A stretch of DNA of 64,000 nucleotides from a virus (taxonomy: Duplodnaviria; Caudoviricetes): the IMG/VR virus record IMGVR_UViG_3300010163_000001, positions 190,593 to 254,592 of that record. One strand, 5' to 3'. The notes beneath the pieces were generated by a model. That model ran no database searches and was not told the origin of the DNA. It worked only from the letters and a program-made list of their open reading frames with translations. Of this stretch, positions 1 to 12,300 are shown in pieces. Both the position numbers and the translations under genes were made by a program. Every line of letters begins with the position of its first letter. Within the stretch, counting starts at the first letter, position 1.

Positions 1-720
1 ATTTTCAAAATCCTCTAATTCTAAGTTCATGCGTCTTCGTAAATCTAAGAAAGAATATTTCGTTCGACATGAACCATTTTCACATATGAATCCAGTGTAG
101 TTACTGTTACACACAAGCTGTCCTCTGCATTTTGGACAACTCATAATGTGTTCATTTCCTTTTATTGGATAAACATACCCAATATCAAGAATTACAATAT
201 CCCCATTAGATCGATATCCATAATTTTCATAATTCTTTAAATCAAAACCTATATCCTCAAAGATATAATTCTTTGATAAATCCTTAAGTATGGTTTTGAT
301 CCCATTTTCATTTAGAAGAAATTCCTGTTTATCCATAAGTGTAACATACTCTTCTACAAGAATTAACATATTACACTCATATGCCTTTATAGCATATTCA
401 GGAATTTCCAAACTCCTTTTATATTCCGTGAAATTATCAACAAATCCACGGCGATCTAATGCGATTATATAAATTAATCCAGCACCTCCTTTAAATTCCC
501 TTTCTGAAGATGGATTGTACAGGAACGACATCCGATTCGTTCCTGTGCCAATTTCTTCAAACTCTGGTCCGAGTAATTCTGGTACCATCTCTGCTTTATC
601 ATTGTTATCTTCAATATCTACTCGACATGCATGGTAATATAACATTTTCAACAAATCTTTTGAAAATATCTGATTAATCAATGATCCAGTTTCTCGATGT
701 TCTCTTGTCTGGAAAAACAT
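1..720 (-). CDS. Protein kinase-like protein with C-terminal Zn ribbon (partial, runs off window start)
   Basis: Not in the ORF track; hand-translated from ATG at 720 with RBS AGGAG. Motifs: EIGTGTNR (Gly loop), LIYIIALDRRGFVDNFTE, EDIGFDLKNYENYG (catalytic D..N), IVILDIGY (DFG-like), then CPKC...CENGSC. Confidence 0.6.
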   Translation of the reverse strand, partial: MFFQTREHRETGSLINQIFSKDLLKMLYYHACRVDIEDNNDKAEMVPELLGPEFEEIGTGTNRMSFLYNPSSEREFKGGAGLIYIIALDRRGFVDNFTEYKRSLEIPEYAIKAYECNMLILVEEYVTLMDKQEFLLNENGIKTILKDLSKNYIFEDIGFDLKNYENYGYRSNGDIVILDIGYVYPIKGNEHIMSCPKCRGQLVCNSNYTGFICENGSCRTKYSFLDLRRRMNLELEDFEN

Positions 721-745
721 TTAATTGAAATTCTCCTTTCCTAAA

Positions 746-1057
746 TTAGTATTGATAAAAGCTATCAGGCAATTCTAACTTTAGTATATCTAAGGCTGGC
801 ATATATTTAGGAGTCCAAATATACACATTAATGCCTTCTGAAAGTTTTTCCGGTATCAGAGGAGATTTAAATATTCCTCGATTTTCCAAATTTTCTCTGA
901 AATCTTTAGATGTGTTTACTATAATATTTTTTCCCTTATATTTTGGATCTTCTGAAAACTGTTTGATGAGTGCTTCTTTTACTTCATCTGCCTGCTCGTC
1001 ACTCATACATATAATATTCATATCTAATGAATATTCTTTATAATCTTTAAGACTCAT
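746..1057 (-). CDS. Hypothetical protein
   Basis: 103-aa ORF, GGAAGG RBS, co-oriented with neighbours. Confidence 0.7.
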   Translation of the reverse strand: MSLKDYKEYSLDMNIICMSDEQADEVKEALIKQFSEDPKYKGKNIIVNTSKDFRENLENRGIFKSPLIPEKLSEGINVYIWTPKYMPALDILKLELPDSFYQY

Positions 1058-1071
1058 GTTAACACCTTCCT

Positions 1072-2166
1072 CTAATCCCTATAAATATCCTTTAATCGGA
1101 AACTTAGAGAGTTTTTATCCCTATCCAAATTTATTTTGTTTCCTAATAAAGTTTTTTCTAAAAGTGCATCATTATCCCTCCTTCGTTCTATTCGTTCTCT
1201 TTCTTTTCTAGAACGTTTTCTAACCTTCTTTAATTCCTTCTTTGTCATTGGTTCAGTTGCTCCTATTTGAGAGCGTATCATTTTAACAGATTTCTTATCC
1301 ATAGAACGATTTAACGTACCAATGATATCATAACCGCTTCTCCATAATTCTTTGTAAACTTCCATCTGAACTCTATCTTTCTTTCTAACCAGACGATTAT
1401 TTACAATTTCAGATTTCTCACCATCCAGCATTTCAAGAAGTTCTGGTCTCATGCTTTCAAATGTCTCATCTTCTTCCATAATGTCACTAATGGACATATT
1501 ATCGTACTTAGAAGTACGATTTCCAGAAGAATCGTAAATACCACGTTTTGTTTGATTTAAATATTCCACAATAAAATCTGTACCCGCATTCGAACCAATG
1601 GAACGATACATGTTGTCTCGCCTAGTTTTTCCAGCAATTTTAGCGAGCATGATATTAATTCGTTTTTGCACGTCTTTCGGGAATTTCTTATCTGAATCAC
1701 CTTCTTTGATATTTTCACCAAATTGTCCAGGAAGTTCCCCTCTTATTAACTCTAACATATCCTCCTTTGTAAGAGGTACTGCCATACATGGTTTTGTAGG
1801 AATAACCCCCGATCGTAGAAATTGTCTATTTCTACGATTATTCTTTAATTTAGGTTTTGCTGGAACAGGATCTTCCATGACGTCTGTTTTTAATGCGTTT
1901 TTAATCACTCTCATGGAACCATACTTCTCTACCAACATATCCATATACTGATGGTACATTTCCATGGCTTCAACCCAATCGAAATAATCATTATACCGCC
2001 TACGCAACTTCTTTACAATAAGAGTCATCTCGTCATCTACAAATGATTTTGCATAATAGTCATCTCCAAAATCATTAAATAATGGATTAAATAAGAAATC
2101 TGGAAATATTTTATCATCCGCCTCTCTTACAAAATCCAATGAATCATAATATGATTCATGTTCCAT
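1072..2166 (-). CDS. Hypothetical protein (charged, helical)
   Basis: 364-aa ORF with AGGAGG RBS and an upstream early-type promoter motif. Confidence 0.8.
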   Translation of the reverse strand: MEHESYYDSLDFVREADDKIFPDFLFNPLFNDFGDDYYAKSFVDDEMTLIVKKLRRRYNDYFDWVEAMEMYHQYMDMLVEKYGSMRVIKNALKTDVMEDPVPAKPKLKNNRRNRQFLRSGVIPTKPCMAVPLTKEDMLELIRGELPGQFGENIKEGDSDKKFPKDVQKRINIMLAKIAGKTRRDNMYRSIGSNAGTDFIVEYLNQTKRGIYDSSGNRTSKYDNMSISDIMEEDETFESMRPELLEMLDGEKSEIVNNRLVRKKDRVQMEVYKELWRSGYDIIGTLNRSMDKKSVKMIRSQIGATEPMTKKELKKVRKRSRKERERIERRRDNDALLEKTLLGNKINLDRDKNSLSFRLKDIYRD

Positions 2167-2204
2167 TTTGTTATCCTCCTTTCCTAAATATTTTCATTCA
2201 CAAT

Positions 2205-2216
2205 AAAATAATATAT
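2205..2216 (-). promoter_or_regulatory. Putative early promoter ATATATTATTTT
   Basis: Same motif recurs upstream of minus-strand non-structural genes at 22376, 25194, 36422, 47025 and 63471; resembles the phiKZ early consensus TATATTAC. Confidence 0.5.
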
Positions 2217-2237
2217 TAGTCAAAAATTAAACAAAAA

Positions 2238-2272
2238 AAGACGGGTGAAACATTTTTTATTTCACCCGTCTT
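2238..2272 (-). terminator. Intrinsic terminator hairpin
   Basis: AAGACGGGTGAAA...TTTCACCCGTCTT followed by a T-tract on the minus strand. Confidence 0.7.
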
Positions 2273-2293
2273 CACGCTGCCCGTCACATGGTA

Positions 2294-2722
2294 TCAGCCA
2301 AACAACGTAAGCAATGCTTTCAGACGTTCGACAGAATCAACGATGTCACTGATTTCTTCGTCCTTATCGGCCTCTTTTTCTTTGCCGCTGAAAATATCAT
2401 GGTACTTTTTCATTATATCACTCATATCCATGAATTCAATGGACGCGCCGATAACGTTGATCTCATTATACAACTTTGCCACACCAAGCCGTTTTTCTGC
2501 CTCATCAATGTCTTTCCCTTCCGCAAAGTTTTTGTACAGCTTCTTAATCGCGGGCTGAGAATCAATTGCATTTTGTAATACGCAGCGGCGAAAATCATCG
2601 CGTTCTTGCAATGTTTCAAAACGCGCATCGAGAAACTTATCGAACTTGCTTCCCATTTCAGGGAGATATGTTCCCAACATGTCCCTTAAAGATTCTCCAC
2701 TCATAATAATAATTTTAGCCAT
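2294..2722 (-). CDS. Hypothetical protein
   Basis: Track ORF 2294..2770; the GAGGAGG RBS favours the MAKII start at 2722. Confidence 0.7.
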   Translation of the reverse strand: MAKIIIMSGESLRDMLGTYLPEMGSKFDKFLDARFETLQERDDFRRCVLQNAIDSQPAIKKLYKNFAEGKDIDEAEKRLGVAKLYNEINVIGASIEFMDMSDIMKKYHDIFSGKEKEADKDEEISDIVDSVERLKALLTLFG

Positions 2723-2805
2723 AACTTGTTCCTCCTCTTTGTATGTTTTATGTTTTATCTTATGACACATAAAAAATATATGATCATAATATGACGCAAT
2801 GCGAC

Positions 2806-2845
2806 ATTAACATGGTAGATAACTACAGTTATCTACCATGTTAAT
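2806..2845. terminator. Perfect 19-bp-arm hairpin, probable terminator
   Basis: ATTAACATGGTAGATAACT-ac-AGTTATCTACCATGTTAAT just after the stop of 2853..3353. Confidence 0.65.
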
Positions 2846-2852
2846 ATGTTAA

Positions 2853-3353
2853 TTAACTTCTAAATCGTTTATATAATTCTTCGAATTCTTCTTCATCAAA
2901 TTCAGATTCCATTTCATATATATCATAAATATATTTCGCATAAAATTCACGAAACTTAGCTATTGTATCTTTAAATTCCACAATAATATACTTTGTGATA
3001 CCATCTAAGATATGTTTGATTTTCTCATCATCTGTAATAGAATCTTCCTGTACCGTGATGACAATGTAATTTTTAGAGATAACCTCTACACTTGTATCAT
3101 CACCGGTTACGATAAGGAGTAAACCAGATAATGGGTAAAGCAGTTCCGTCTTACAAAGCACTCCTATAGCATGATTTCCACTTTTGATAGCATTTCGAAT
3201 TCTGCTGTTTTGAGGAAATGTTTTATTCACATTCCTAAGAATATCTGCTAAAGATAAATCTGTAATATCCATATCTATCTGAGCAAAATTAATATCTTTT
3301 ATTGAATCTGGAAGGAATGTCTTTATAAAGTCTTCTTTTGAAGTCGTTAACAC
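2853..3353 (-). CDS. Hypothetical protein
   Basis: 166-aa ORF directly downstream of the giant gene, GGAGGTG RBS. Confidence 0.75.
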   Translation of the reverse strand: MLTTSKEDFIKTFLPDSIKDINFAQIDMDITDLSLADILRNVNKTFPQNSRIRNAIKSGNHAIGVLCKTELLYPLSGLLLIVTGDDTSVEVISKNYIVITVQEDSITDDEKIKHILDGITKYIIVEFKDTIAKFREFYAKYIYDIYEMESEFDEEEFEELYKRFRS

Positions 3354-3359
3354 ATCTAA

Positions 3360-6300
3360 TCACCTCCTATTTTCAGTCTTTCCAATTATTATATTCGTAT
3401 CTTGTTTAAGTTTATCATCTATTTGACCAAGAACTTCTATATTTGTTCTTCTTGGTCCATCTAATTCTTTAAGGATATGTGTTGTTTCAGTACTGTATAA
3501 GTCTTCCAATGTAGCTTTCTTATATTTACTTGATTTCTTTTGCTCTATTGAAGTTTCTATATTAACAAGCCTCCTCATTGGCGTGTCTAATAATTTTAAT
3601 GATGGTGGGACATAAATACCTTTCATGCTCCCAAGTTTTAAGGTTTTATCAGCACTCTTAGCTTTTGCACATTTTATTCTACAATAGGTTTTATTCTTTT
3701 TGACGAATGAAAAATCTGCATTTTTGCATCCAATACGATAATTCTTATTTTTCTTTTCTTTCTTAACTTCACCAGTTGGTAATGTTTTTGTAATTGTAAC
3801 TTTCTTAGTTCTTTTTTTCTTAAAGAACTTTTGTAAATTCTTTCGTAAAATTGATTTTGCTGTCTTCTTAACTTTCTTATCCGTACGAAGTGTTCCAGGG
3901 AATAATGCTTGACCCCATCCTATAATGGTTCCGCCTTTCCTGGCAATTTCATACTTCTTACACTTTTTACATCTTGACACTGATTTTTTGTACTTTTTAA
4001 TCCATTTTTCTAGCTGTTTTTCATATTGTTTATATTTCTTAGTTGTTTTACCTTTTTTAGATGCTTTGAATCCTCTATCAAGCCTAACTCCTTTTATTGT
4101 AATAGACTTAAAGTATATCTTCTTAGCGTCTCCTTTTGCTTCAATACTTGGAAATTTTGAACCCATCGTTGCAATTCTAAATGACCAAGAATAAGGTTTT
4201 CCAGTAGTTACATAATTATCACAGTGAAATTGTACATGATTATCACTAGTACCTGATTCGGGTGTGTATTTTACAATTTCACATTCTTTACATTTTGTAG
4301 TTTTCTTTACAATCTTCTTGTAATAAGTTTTTGCTAATTTCTTTATGAATACTTTAATGAGTTTCTTATCAGGAAATTCATATTTTTCTAATTGCGCTCT
4401 TATTTTAGTAGTAGAGAAGAATTTTTTCTTTCTACACTTCTTACATTTTTCATATTGCTCTGATTGAGCTTTATTAAGTTTCCTCATCTTTTTAATTCTT
4501 TTATATGCTCCGTCATATGTCTTATATACTTTCGATTTCTTTACTCCATCATGTTTCTCTATTATAATCCAACAATTCTTATCTTTAGACGCTTTTCCAA
4601 TCTTATTGTATATAATTCCTTTAAAGTCAACTTTTTTCGCTTTAATGACTCGTCTACCGCCATAATTAAACGAGAACTTCCAACTTCCAGGGTTGACTTT
4701 CTTATTTGCTTTTAATGTATAAGTGATCTTCTTTTTTGAAACCTTTGGTTTTGCTTTGAAATTGGATTTCGCATTTTTTACAGAGCCTTTACTCATAACA
4801 AGACCAAGTTTCTTTAGCAATCCAGACCATTTCTTTACCTTCAAAGCTTTTCCAATTTGTGATTTCTTTAATAGCGCATCTGTTTTAATAGCACTTGATG
4901 GCTTAATTTCTACAGTCATTTTCTTTTTCTTTACAGTAACTTTCTTAATTTCTCCAATACGGGTTAATATGGTCTTACTTACTGTAAAAGTTGTCCAGTT
5001 TTTAGAATCCTTTAATGGAATACTATCCAGTAATGCTTTATCTTTAAAGTGGAATGTAAATCTATACTTTCCTTTCGGAAGACATCTCATTGTTTTCATT
5101 GGTATATTAATGCCTTTTACTTTAGGTTCCTCTGGATCTAACACATCTGGATCTAAGAACCATGTTACTTTTGATGTTGCTGTTCTGAAGCAATCAGAAT
5201 AATCAATATCCTTTCCTTTGACAATCTTCTTTACTGTCAAAGAAAATCCTTTACAAGAACTAAGTGCTGGATAAGTACCTTTAAATCTAACTTGTAAAAA
5301 TGGTGCCTTCGTAGTATCTTTTGTATTTAACTTTACCGTTAAGTTATTTGGATGCTTCGTAGTTAGCCATGGAGTTTTAAATTTCTTTTTCATGATAACT
5401 TCTTCTATCTCTTCATTATCAGGATTCGATCCCATATCAGAATCAGGTTTATCTCCTGTTAATGTAAACATATAAGTTCCGCTACGTAATTCTTCTAAGA
5501 ACATACTACTCTTAGACAAAGGTAGCCATATCTCAGTAAGTGACAAATTATTATTCAGATCTTCTTTATTTGCTTCTTCAATTGTATCAAACGATCCAGA
5601 CCAATCTTCATCAATTGCCACACCTTTTTCATCTTTATGTTGTCTTATGATATCATATATGCATGATCTTAAGAAAGTTGACAATTGTGGTCTCTCGAAT
5701 CGTATGATTAATCCGGCTGCTTGTTTTGTATCTTTTATAGAAGTATTTATTTTGATAATTTCATCTATATTTCCATAACTATGAACATATGGATTTAGTG
5801 AAAATCCATCAAATGTTAATGTTTTATAAATGGATGATGATATAAATTTAATGGCAATGCTTGCATTTTTTGCTCCTAAAAAATCTTTTGTTTCATCTAA
5901 TGGAATATATATCTTTGTGATAAATTTTATCTCGTTTGATATAATAGTATTTACACCCCATGTATCATGATCCATGATTACAAAATCTTTTAATGATGTT
6001 CGTGTAGTTGTTGACTCATTTACTATAGTTACTTCGTCTAATTCAAATCCATTTTCTTTGTTAATATGCGTATTAAAGAATGTTGTATAGCAAGGCATCT
6101 CGTCAAATACAACTGCAACATACGGTCTTTTAATAGCTTTTTTCCATTTATATTCTTTATTTATTTTATCAAATGAAAAATAATACGTATCTAATGTATC
6201 CTGGTCAGTATATTTATCTCCGACATGTTTCTTTAAAGTTTCTTCTCCAGAAATTTCCCAATTTGAAGTTAAACTAGTCATACTTGACAGTACAGTTGGA

Positions 6301-9300
6301 TCACCATAATCACTATATGTCTCAGTTCCTCCTCCATTTACAATTGGATTCACAGTTGGAGCATACATCTCTGACTTAACAGAATATATTGTTGGTAATG
6401 AATTTATTGAACGTATTTCTTGTGCAAAACTTGTTTTCTTTGTGAAAAATAGTAAATTTGTTGGATGTTGAAAACTTGTATTTGGGTTGTATACCTTAAT
6501 AATATAATTTCCAGGTGGAAGAATATTCTCTTCCTTAATATCAAGATTAAATTGATTATATAATCCTTCTGTTGGAGTAAGTTTTGAAAAGTCTGTACTT
6601 TCTAAGACCGACTTAAAGTAATCTGCATAATTAAATGTGTTAACCTCATCTTCACTCTTAGGTAACTGATATATCGTAATAGTTGTTTTTGGATCTTCAA
6701 AGAATGATATCGGCAATCCTTCTTTTAATGTAAACGTTATTTTTCCTGGATTTGTGCTATATGTGCTAATATATGAAATCATAGATTCCATACCAGTAAT
6801 GTGTAAAGGAAGTTTTATGGAATCAGAAGCTAAAGCCATCCATTTCCAAGAGAATAAACATTCCCCTTCATTTCTTGTTGATAGTGGTAGGTATCCTTCT
6901 TTTATTGGTATTCTAATTCCACTAATATTATACTGACTATCATACATAATCGTTGCTTCTTTTGAAGATCTGAATACGAAATATGGTGGAACATAAGAGT
7001 TATAACTCTCAAGTGCATAAGAAGAGAAATATAATACATTCTCATTTACATCTTTCATAGATACTTCTATAAATGGAACACTGACCATAGGATCATCAAT
7101 TCCATCTGGTGGTAGTATTTGTACACCTGTTATACTTCCCGGATTATCTATCATATATGGAAGGTCTACAGGATCTTTAGTTGTATATAACAGCATATAG
7201 TCGTTATCTGTTTCAAGATGAATTTGACCATAATAACTTCCTGTTTTCGGGACATCTGCAGATAAGCATTCTTTCCATACGAATGTTGAATATGTGGAAA
7301 CATCCTCTCCTTCACCTTCGGTGATAATTTCTTTCACGAATTGATAAGTGCCAACTAACTGTATTGCTCCGTTTACACATTCATATTTGTAATAGATATC
7401 ATACAAATGATCTTCTTTTTCACTATCGGTATCCCATCTAACAAATAAGGGATTTTCCATATTAGCTTCTTCTGATCCCCTATAAAAATCAACAGGTCCT
7501 AATTCACATCCATCTCGTAATTCTACGTAGAAGTAATCTCCTTTTGTACCTCCATATTGACTTGGTACATAGGTGATTGACCGGAATGTGAGATCTTCAA
7601 CATATGAATTTAGTGTCCATTGTGTTCCCGATACAGAAGTTAACCAACTTCCATTAGAACCACATGCAATAAATCTATTATCTGTAAATATTACATCTCT
7701 TAATGGGTATGTGACTCCACTATTTATTAAGTTAAACTCATATTCACCATCCTCTGGAGTAACACGACCAATTGTTCCACCATCACCCACTGCAATAATG
7801 GAATCATCATGATAACATACTCCGTAGAATGATTTTGTAATTTCAGTATTTATTTTTGTAAATGAAGGATTTTCAATATCCTTAGAGACTAAAATAAGTC
7901 CTCTTGTTCCCACTAAAATAATTGCTGAATTGTCAATTACTTCTTCAATTACCGGTTCTGGTTCTGGAGCACCAATAGTTTCTCCATCTTCATCATCTTC
8001 GGTGTTATCCGGTTCTGCCGTAATTATAGTTTCATTTTTAAAGTAGGTTACACTGTTAATATTTACATCACATCCAGTTTCCAATGCTGTCCACGTATTA
8101 CCACTATCTTTCGTCATGATAGCTGTACCGTCATATCCTACTGCAATATATTGGGTTGGAGTGATTTCTGTAATAGCTGTTAATGTTTTTGTGGTTGCAT
8201 TTGTTTCAACTATATTTGCAGTGATTCTACCATTCTCAATGACACCTTTTAAAATAATACCATCTGCTCCTACGATAATGATGTTATTATCTATGATTAA
8301 GCAATCATTTAATGCTTTTGAAGTCCCAAGACTAAATACTTGTGCTTTTTCATAACTAGAGAAGTCTTTTATTCTTAATATTTTACCACTTCCACATAAT
8401 GCGAAGTAGTTATTGGAATTATCTATAAATACTTTCTTAATTGAAATATCTTGCTGTGTATCATATTTTTTCCATGTATTTCCGTCATAACTATATAAAA
8501 TGTATCTTTGATCTGTTGGAAGTAAGAATATTCCAAAGAAATTTGATTCGTTTATATCTTTAAATATATCCTCATATAATGTCTCATTTAGATCTGCTTC
8601 TAATAAGGAAAAATGATATTTTTTTATTAGACTTACATCTACAGGGTGTTCTAAAGATACCTTTAATTTGTTTATTGCCTGTACAGTAATAGATGAAATT
8701 GAATTCTGTATCTCGTGTACCATATATGGCAAAGTAATAGAACGAGACCATAATGTATACTCGTCTGAATTATCCTCATCTACTTCTTCATTATCTTCTG
8801 TCTCGTCTTCATTTTCATCTTCCTCACTATCATCATCTTCTCCTACGCCAATTTCAATGAAGAATTCAAATGTATAATTACCAGGATTCAATGATGCTCC
8901 TGATTCAAGTGCTAATCGAATAGTGTAACTATTTTCAAATTCACTAATGAAATTGAAATCTTCTAGATTATTTATAATAGAAATATCCTCAAATTCAGAT
9001 GAGAAATCTTCTCCATCCTCATTTAAAACACGTAATCCTACAATTTCAAATAATTCAGTTGGTAGATCTTCTGTGAATGTTACATCTATATAGTATAATC
9101 CGCTTGCTTCAATTCTTTCTATATAGCCAATATTATTTGACAAGAACGGAAGCTCTCCCGTATATGCAAATGGAGTTATTTCTACAGCATCTTCCATATC
9201 TTTTTCATTCTGATAGCATAATCTTAAGTCATACGTACCTGGAATAACTGTAGTACCTGTTTCTAATTCAAGGATTATTTCATCCGTCGTATTAACTGTT

Positions 9301-12300
9301 TTCAGAATCATTTCAGGCGTTCCTAATAAGAGCACCGTATTATCGTCTACATCTGTGATATTATATGTTACATCAATCATATCATGTAATTCTACAAAAT
9401 CATCTGTGTAAAGTCTAAATGTTCTATAAGATTCTTCATCATCAAAATTATTAGAATCTTTAATTGTATCAAACATGTCAGTTATAACTTCACCATTTGG
9501 TCTAGTAATTTCGATATTGTATTGTGATAAATCTTCGCCAGTAACAAATTGTGTTAACGTAAATACTAAATAATATATAACATCTCTCTCATAGAAAGTA
9601 CTTACATTACAAGGATTTATAAAGTAATCAGAAACATCCATTCCATCCGAGTTCACTAAATATACAGATAAAGCATTCAATAAGGAATCTTCGATCTCAT
9701 CATCTAGTTTTATCGTTAATTGATCAATACGTGGCTTCTGATATAATTTTACCATTTGACCTAAATATTCTGGTAATGTATCTTTATCTAAAATATCTTT
9801 GTCTTCAATAGTTTCAGAATTTAATAATCTAACCTGATATCCATAGAGATCTTTTGCATTATCATTTGTGATTTTAGTTGCAATAAATCTTTCTGTGCTT
9901 AAATTATCAACTCTTTCAATATCCGGAAATTGATAAGCTAAGTACGTAATATTCATCGAGAAGATAAATGCTGTTGTTTCAACATCTTCATCATCTCCAT
10001 CTTCAGTTTCTTCTGTATATTCTTCATTCAATGTAAACGTATATAAAGATGGTCCAACAATTTCTTCTTCATCCACCTGTATATAATAAGTATCGGTTTT
10101 TGATGTTTCTTCAATCTTCATATCAATATTTCCATCTCTCCATGTTTTAAATAACATAGAAACATCTTCACCGTCTTCATTCACAACATTAAGTTCCATT
10201 GCAAGCATATAGCTTGCTGCTAATTCTTGCTCAAATTGAATTTCTATTGTATCATGTGAGTAAGTTCTTATACGTTTAATCCCACCAGCAACTGCATTTA
10301 ATCCATATATAAATGTAGAAACTGGATATAAAGAATCTTTAGACCATGTCCATTTTAATAAGTAATTTCCACTTGGTAATGTGACATTTGGTAGAATTGG
10401 AATGTTAATTTCTTCAACAAGCGTAATCCCTTCTTCTACTTCATTCTTAAATATCTCAGAATTTGCAATCGCACCAAAACTATCTTTAAATGATTTTCCA
10501 ATAATTGTTCCATCTTTTCGTACTCCACGATATGTCATAATATCAAAAGTAGACCCCAATAATGCATCAATATCAGGTAATTCTGAAAATTGAATATTAA
10601 GGGTATCCTTATCTTTAATAGTCATACTCTGAATGACTGGACACGAACCAGACATAAATGGAAGATATTTTGTATTCTTAAAATATTCTTTTCCGTTATA
10701 TAAAAATCCCATTTCATATGTGTTCCTAGGAAACATCATGTGTTCTTCTAATTTAGATAAAACAGAATCAATAGTTTCTACACTAAAATGGAATTTACTA
10801 ATTACAATATCTTTCTTAGTTTTTCCAAAATACGTATCTACAACAATCTCGTCATCATTTCCCTGTCTTTCATACGTATTTGCTGCAAGCATACTCATAA
10901 ATACTGAACTATAATCTCTTTTTGTCGTTGTATTTCTTAGGAAGAAATCACTGTTATTTAATAACGTGAGTAATTGATCTTTTGTAAATTTAAATTCGAG
11001 CGTATTATAAAGAGTTCTTTCAACTGTTGTGTCACAGTTAATCACTTCCGTATTTATCATGAAATCAATGTCAATATTTCCTGAGAAAGCATATTGCAAT
11101 TCTAATCCTTCGCCACCCCATGTTGACTTTTGATCTGTAGAGATGATAAAACGATAATTTCTCCCCGGAAGAATATCTTGTGCCTTCTCTTCATAATCTT
11201 CATTGGAACCCATTTTAACAATGACACTATCATACATCTTGTCATCTAAAAATTCATTTGTTTTTTGTAATTTCTGGAATTGAGTAATGAAAGATACATC
11301 AGATATAACCTCTCCATCTTCATTTTCAGATTCATAAATTGTAGTCACGTCAACTTTTCCAGATTTTAATAAAGAACCAGAAAGTCTCTCTAAGAACGTT
11401 ATCTTTACAGAATCCAAATCATTCTGTATAATCTCTTTAATTGGGAAGAGAATATAATCTAACCGAACAATTCTTGTTATTTCCTTCATATAATTGGCAA
11501 CTCTTTCAGACCAATTAAATGCTACAATATATGTGTCCTTCTGTATTGTTACAGGATGATCTATCCCATCTTTATCTGTATACTTTTCTAACATTGGTAA
11601 CGTTACATATTCAACATATTCAATACCATTCTCGTCAGTTTCTTTTTCATATACTACTTTATGGATATCCTGGAATTTGTCTGGTGCGATATTTGCCTCA
11701 GCATTACCCTCTGTCCGGAAGATAAAGTTAGAATTTTCAAATAGCTTTACTTCTAAACCAGGAGATCTAAACATAATAATGATTGCATCTTTTCCATCTA
11801 AACGATTTCCTACTTTAGCAGCAGAAACTTCTTGAATCATAGGATATTGATTTGACAAAAATGGGAGTGTGATACCTTTTGTCAAAGGATATTCTGTATC
11901 AACACCAGTAAATTCTTTATAAAAGTAGATTTTATATTCTCCTGCTGGAATAGGTTTTAAAATATTTAAAGTGAAATCTTTGAATTCATCTGCCGGTATA
12001 CGTTTCATAGCAGATGATAGTGATTCAAATCTATCAGATACATCTTCTCCATCTGAATTTAAAACTTTGATAGAGAGAGTCGCAAATAATAACCTAGATT
12101 CTAAAGAGCTTAGTTCAATACTGATTTGAGATAAAGTCACAGGTTTAATAAGATCTATTTCTCCATTTATACCTTCCATATGTTCGTTTTCGAAATAAAA
12201 GAAATCTAATCGCATTGGATTGTCTTCCGGCTTTCTTGGATCTCCATTATACATTTCGAATAAACAGATTCCTTGTAAAATCTTATAACCAGGCTTTAAT

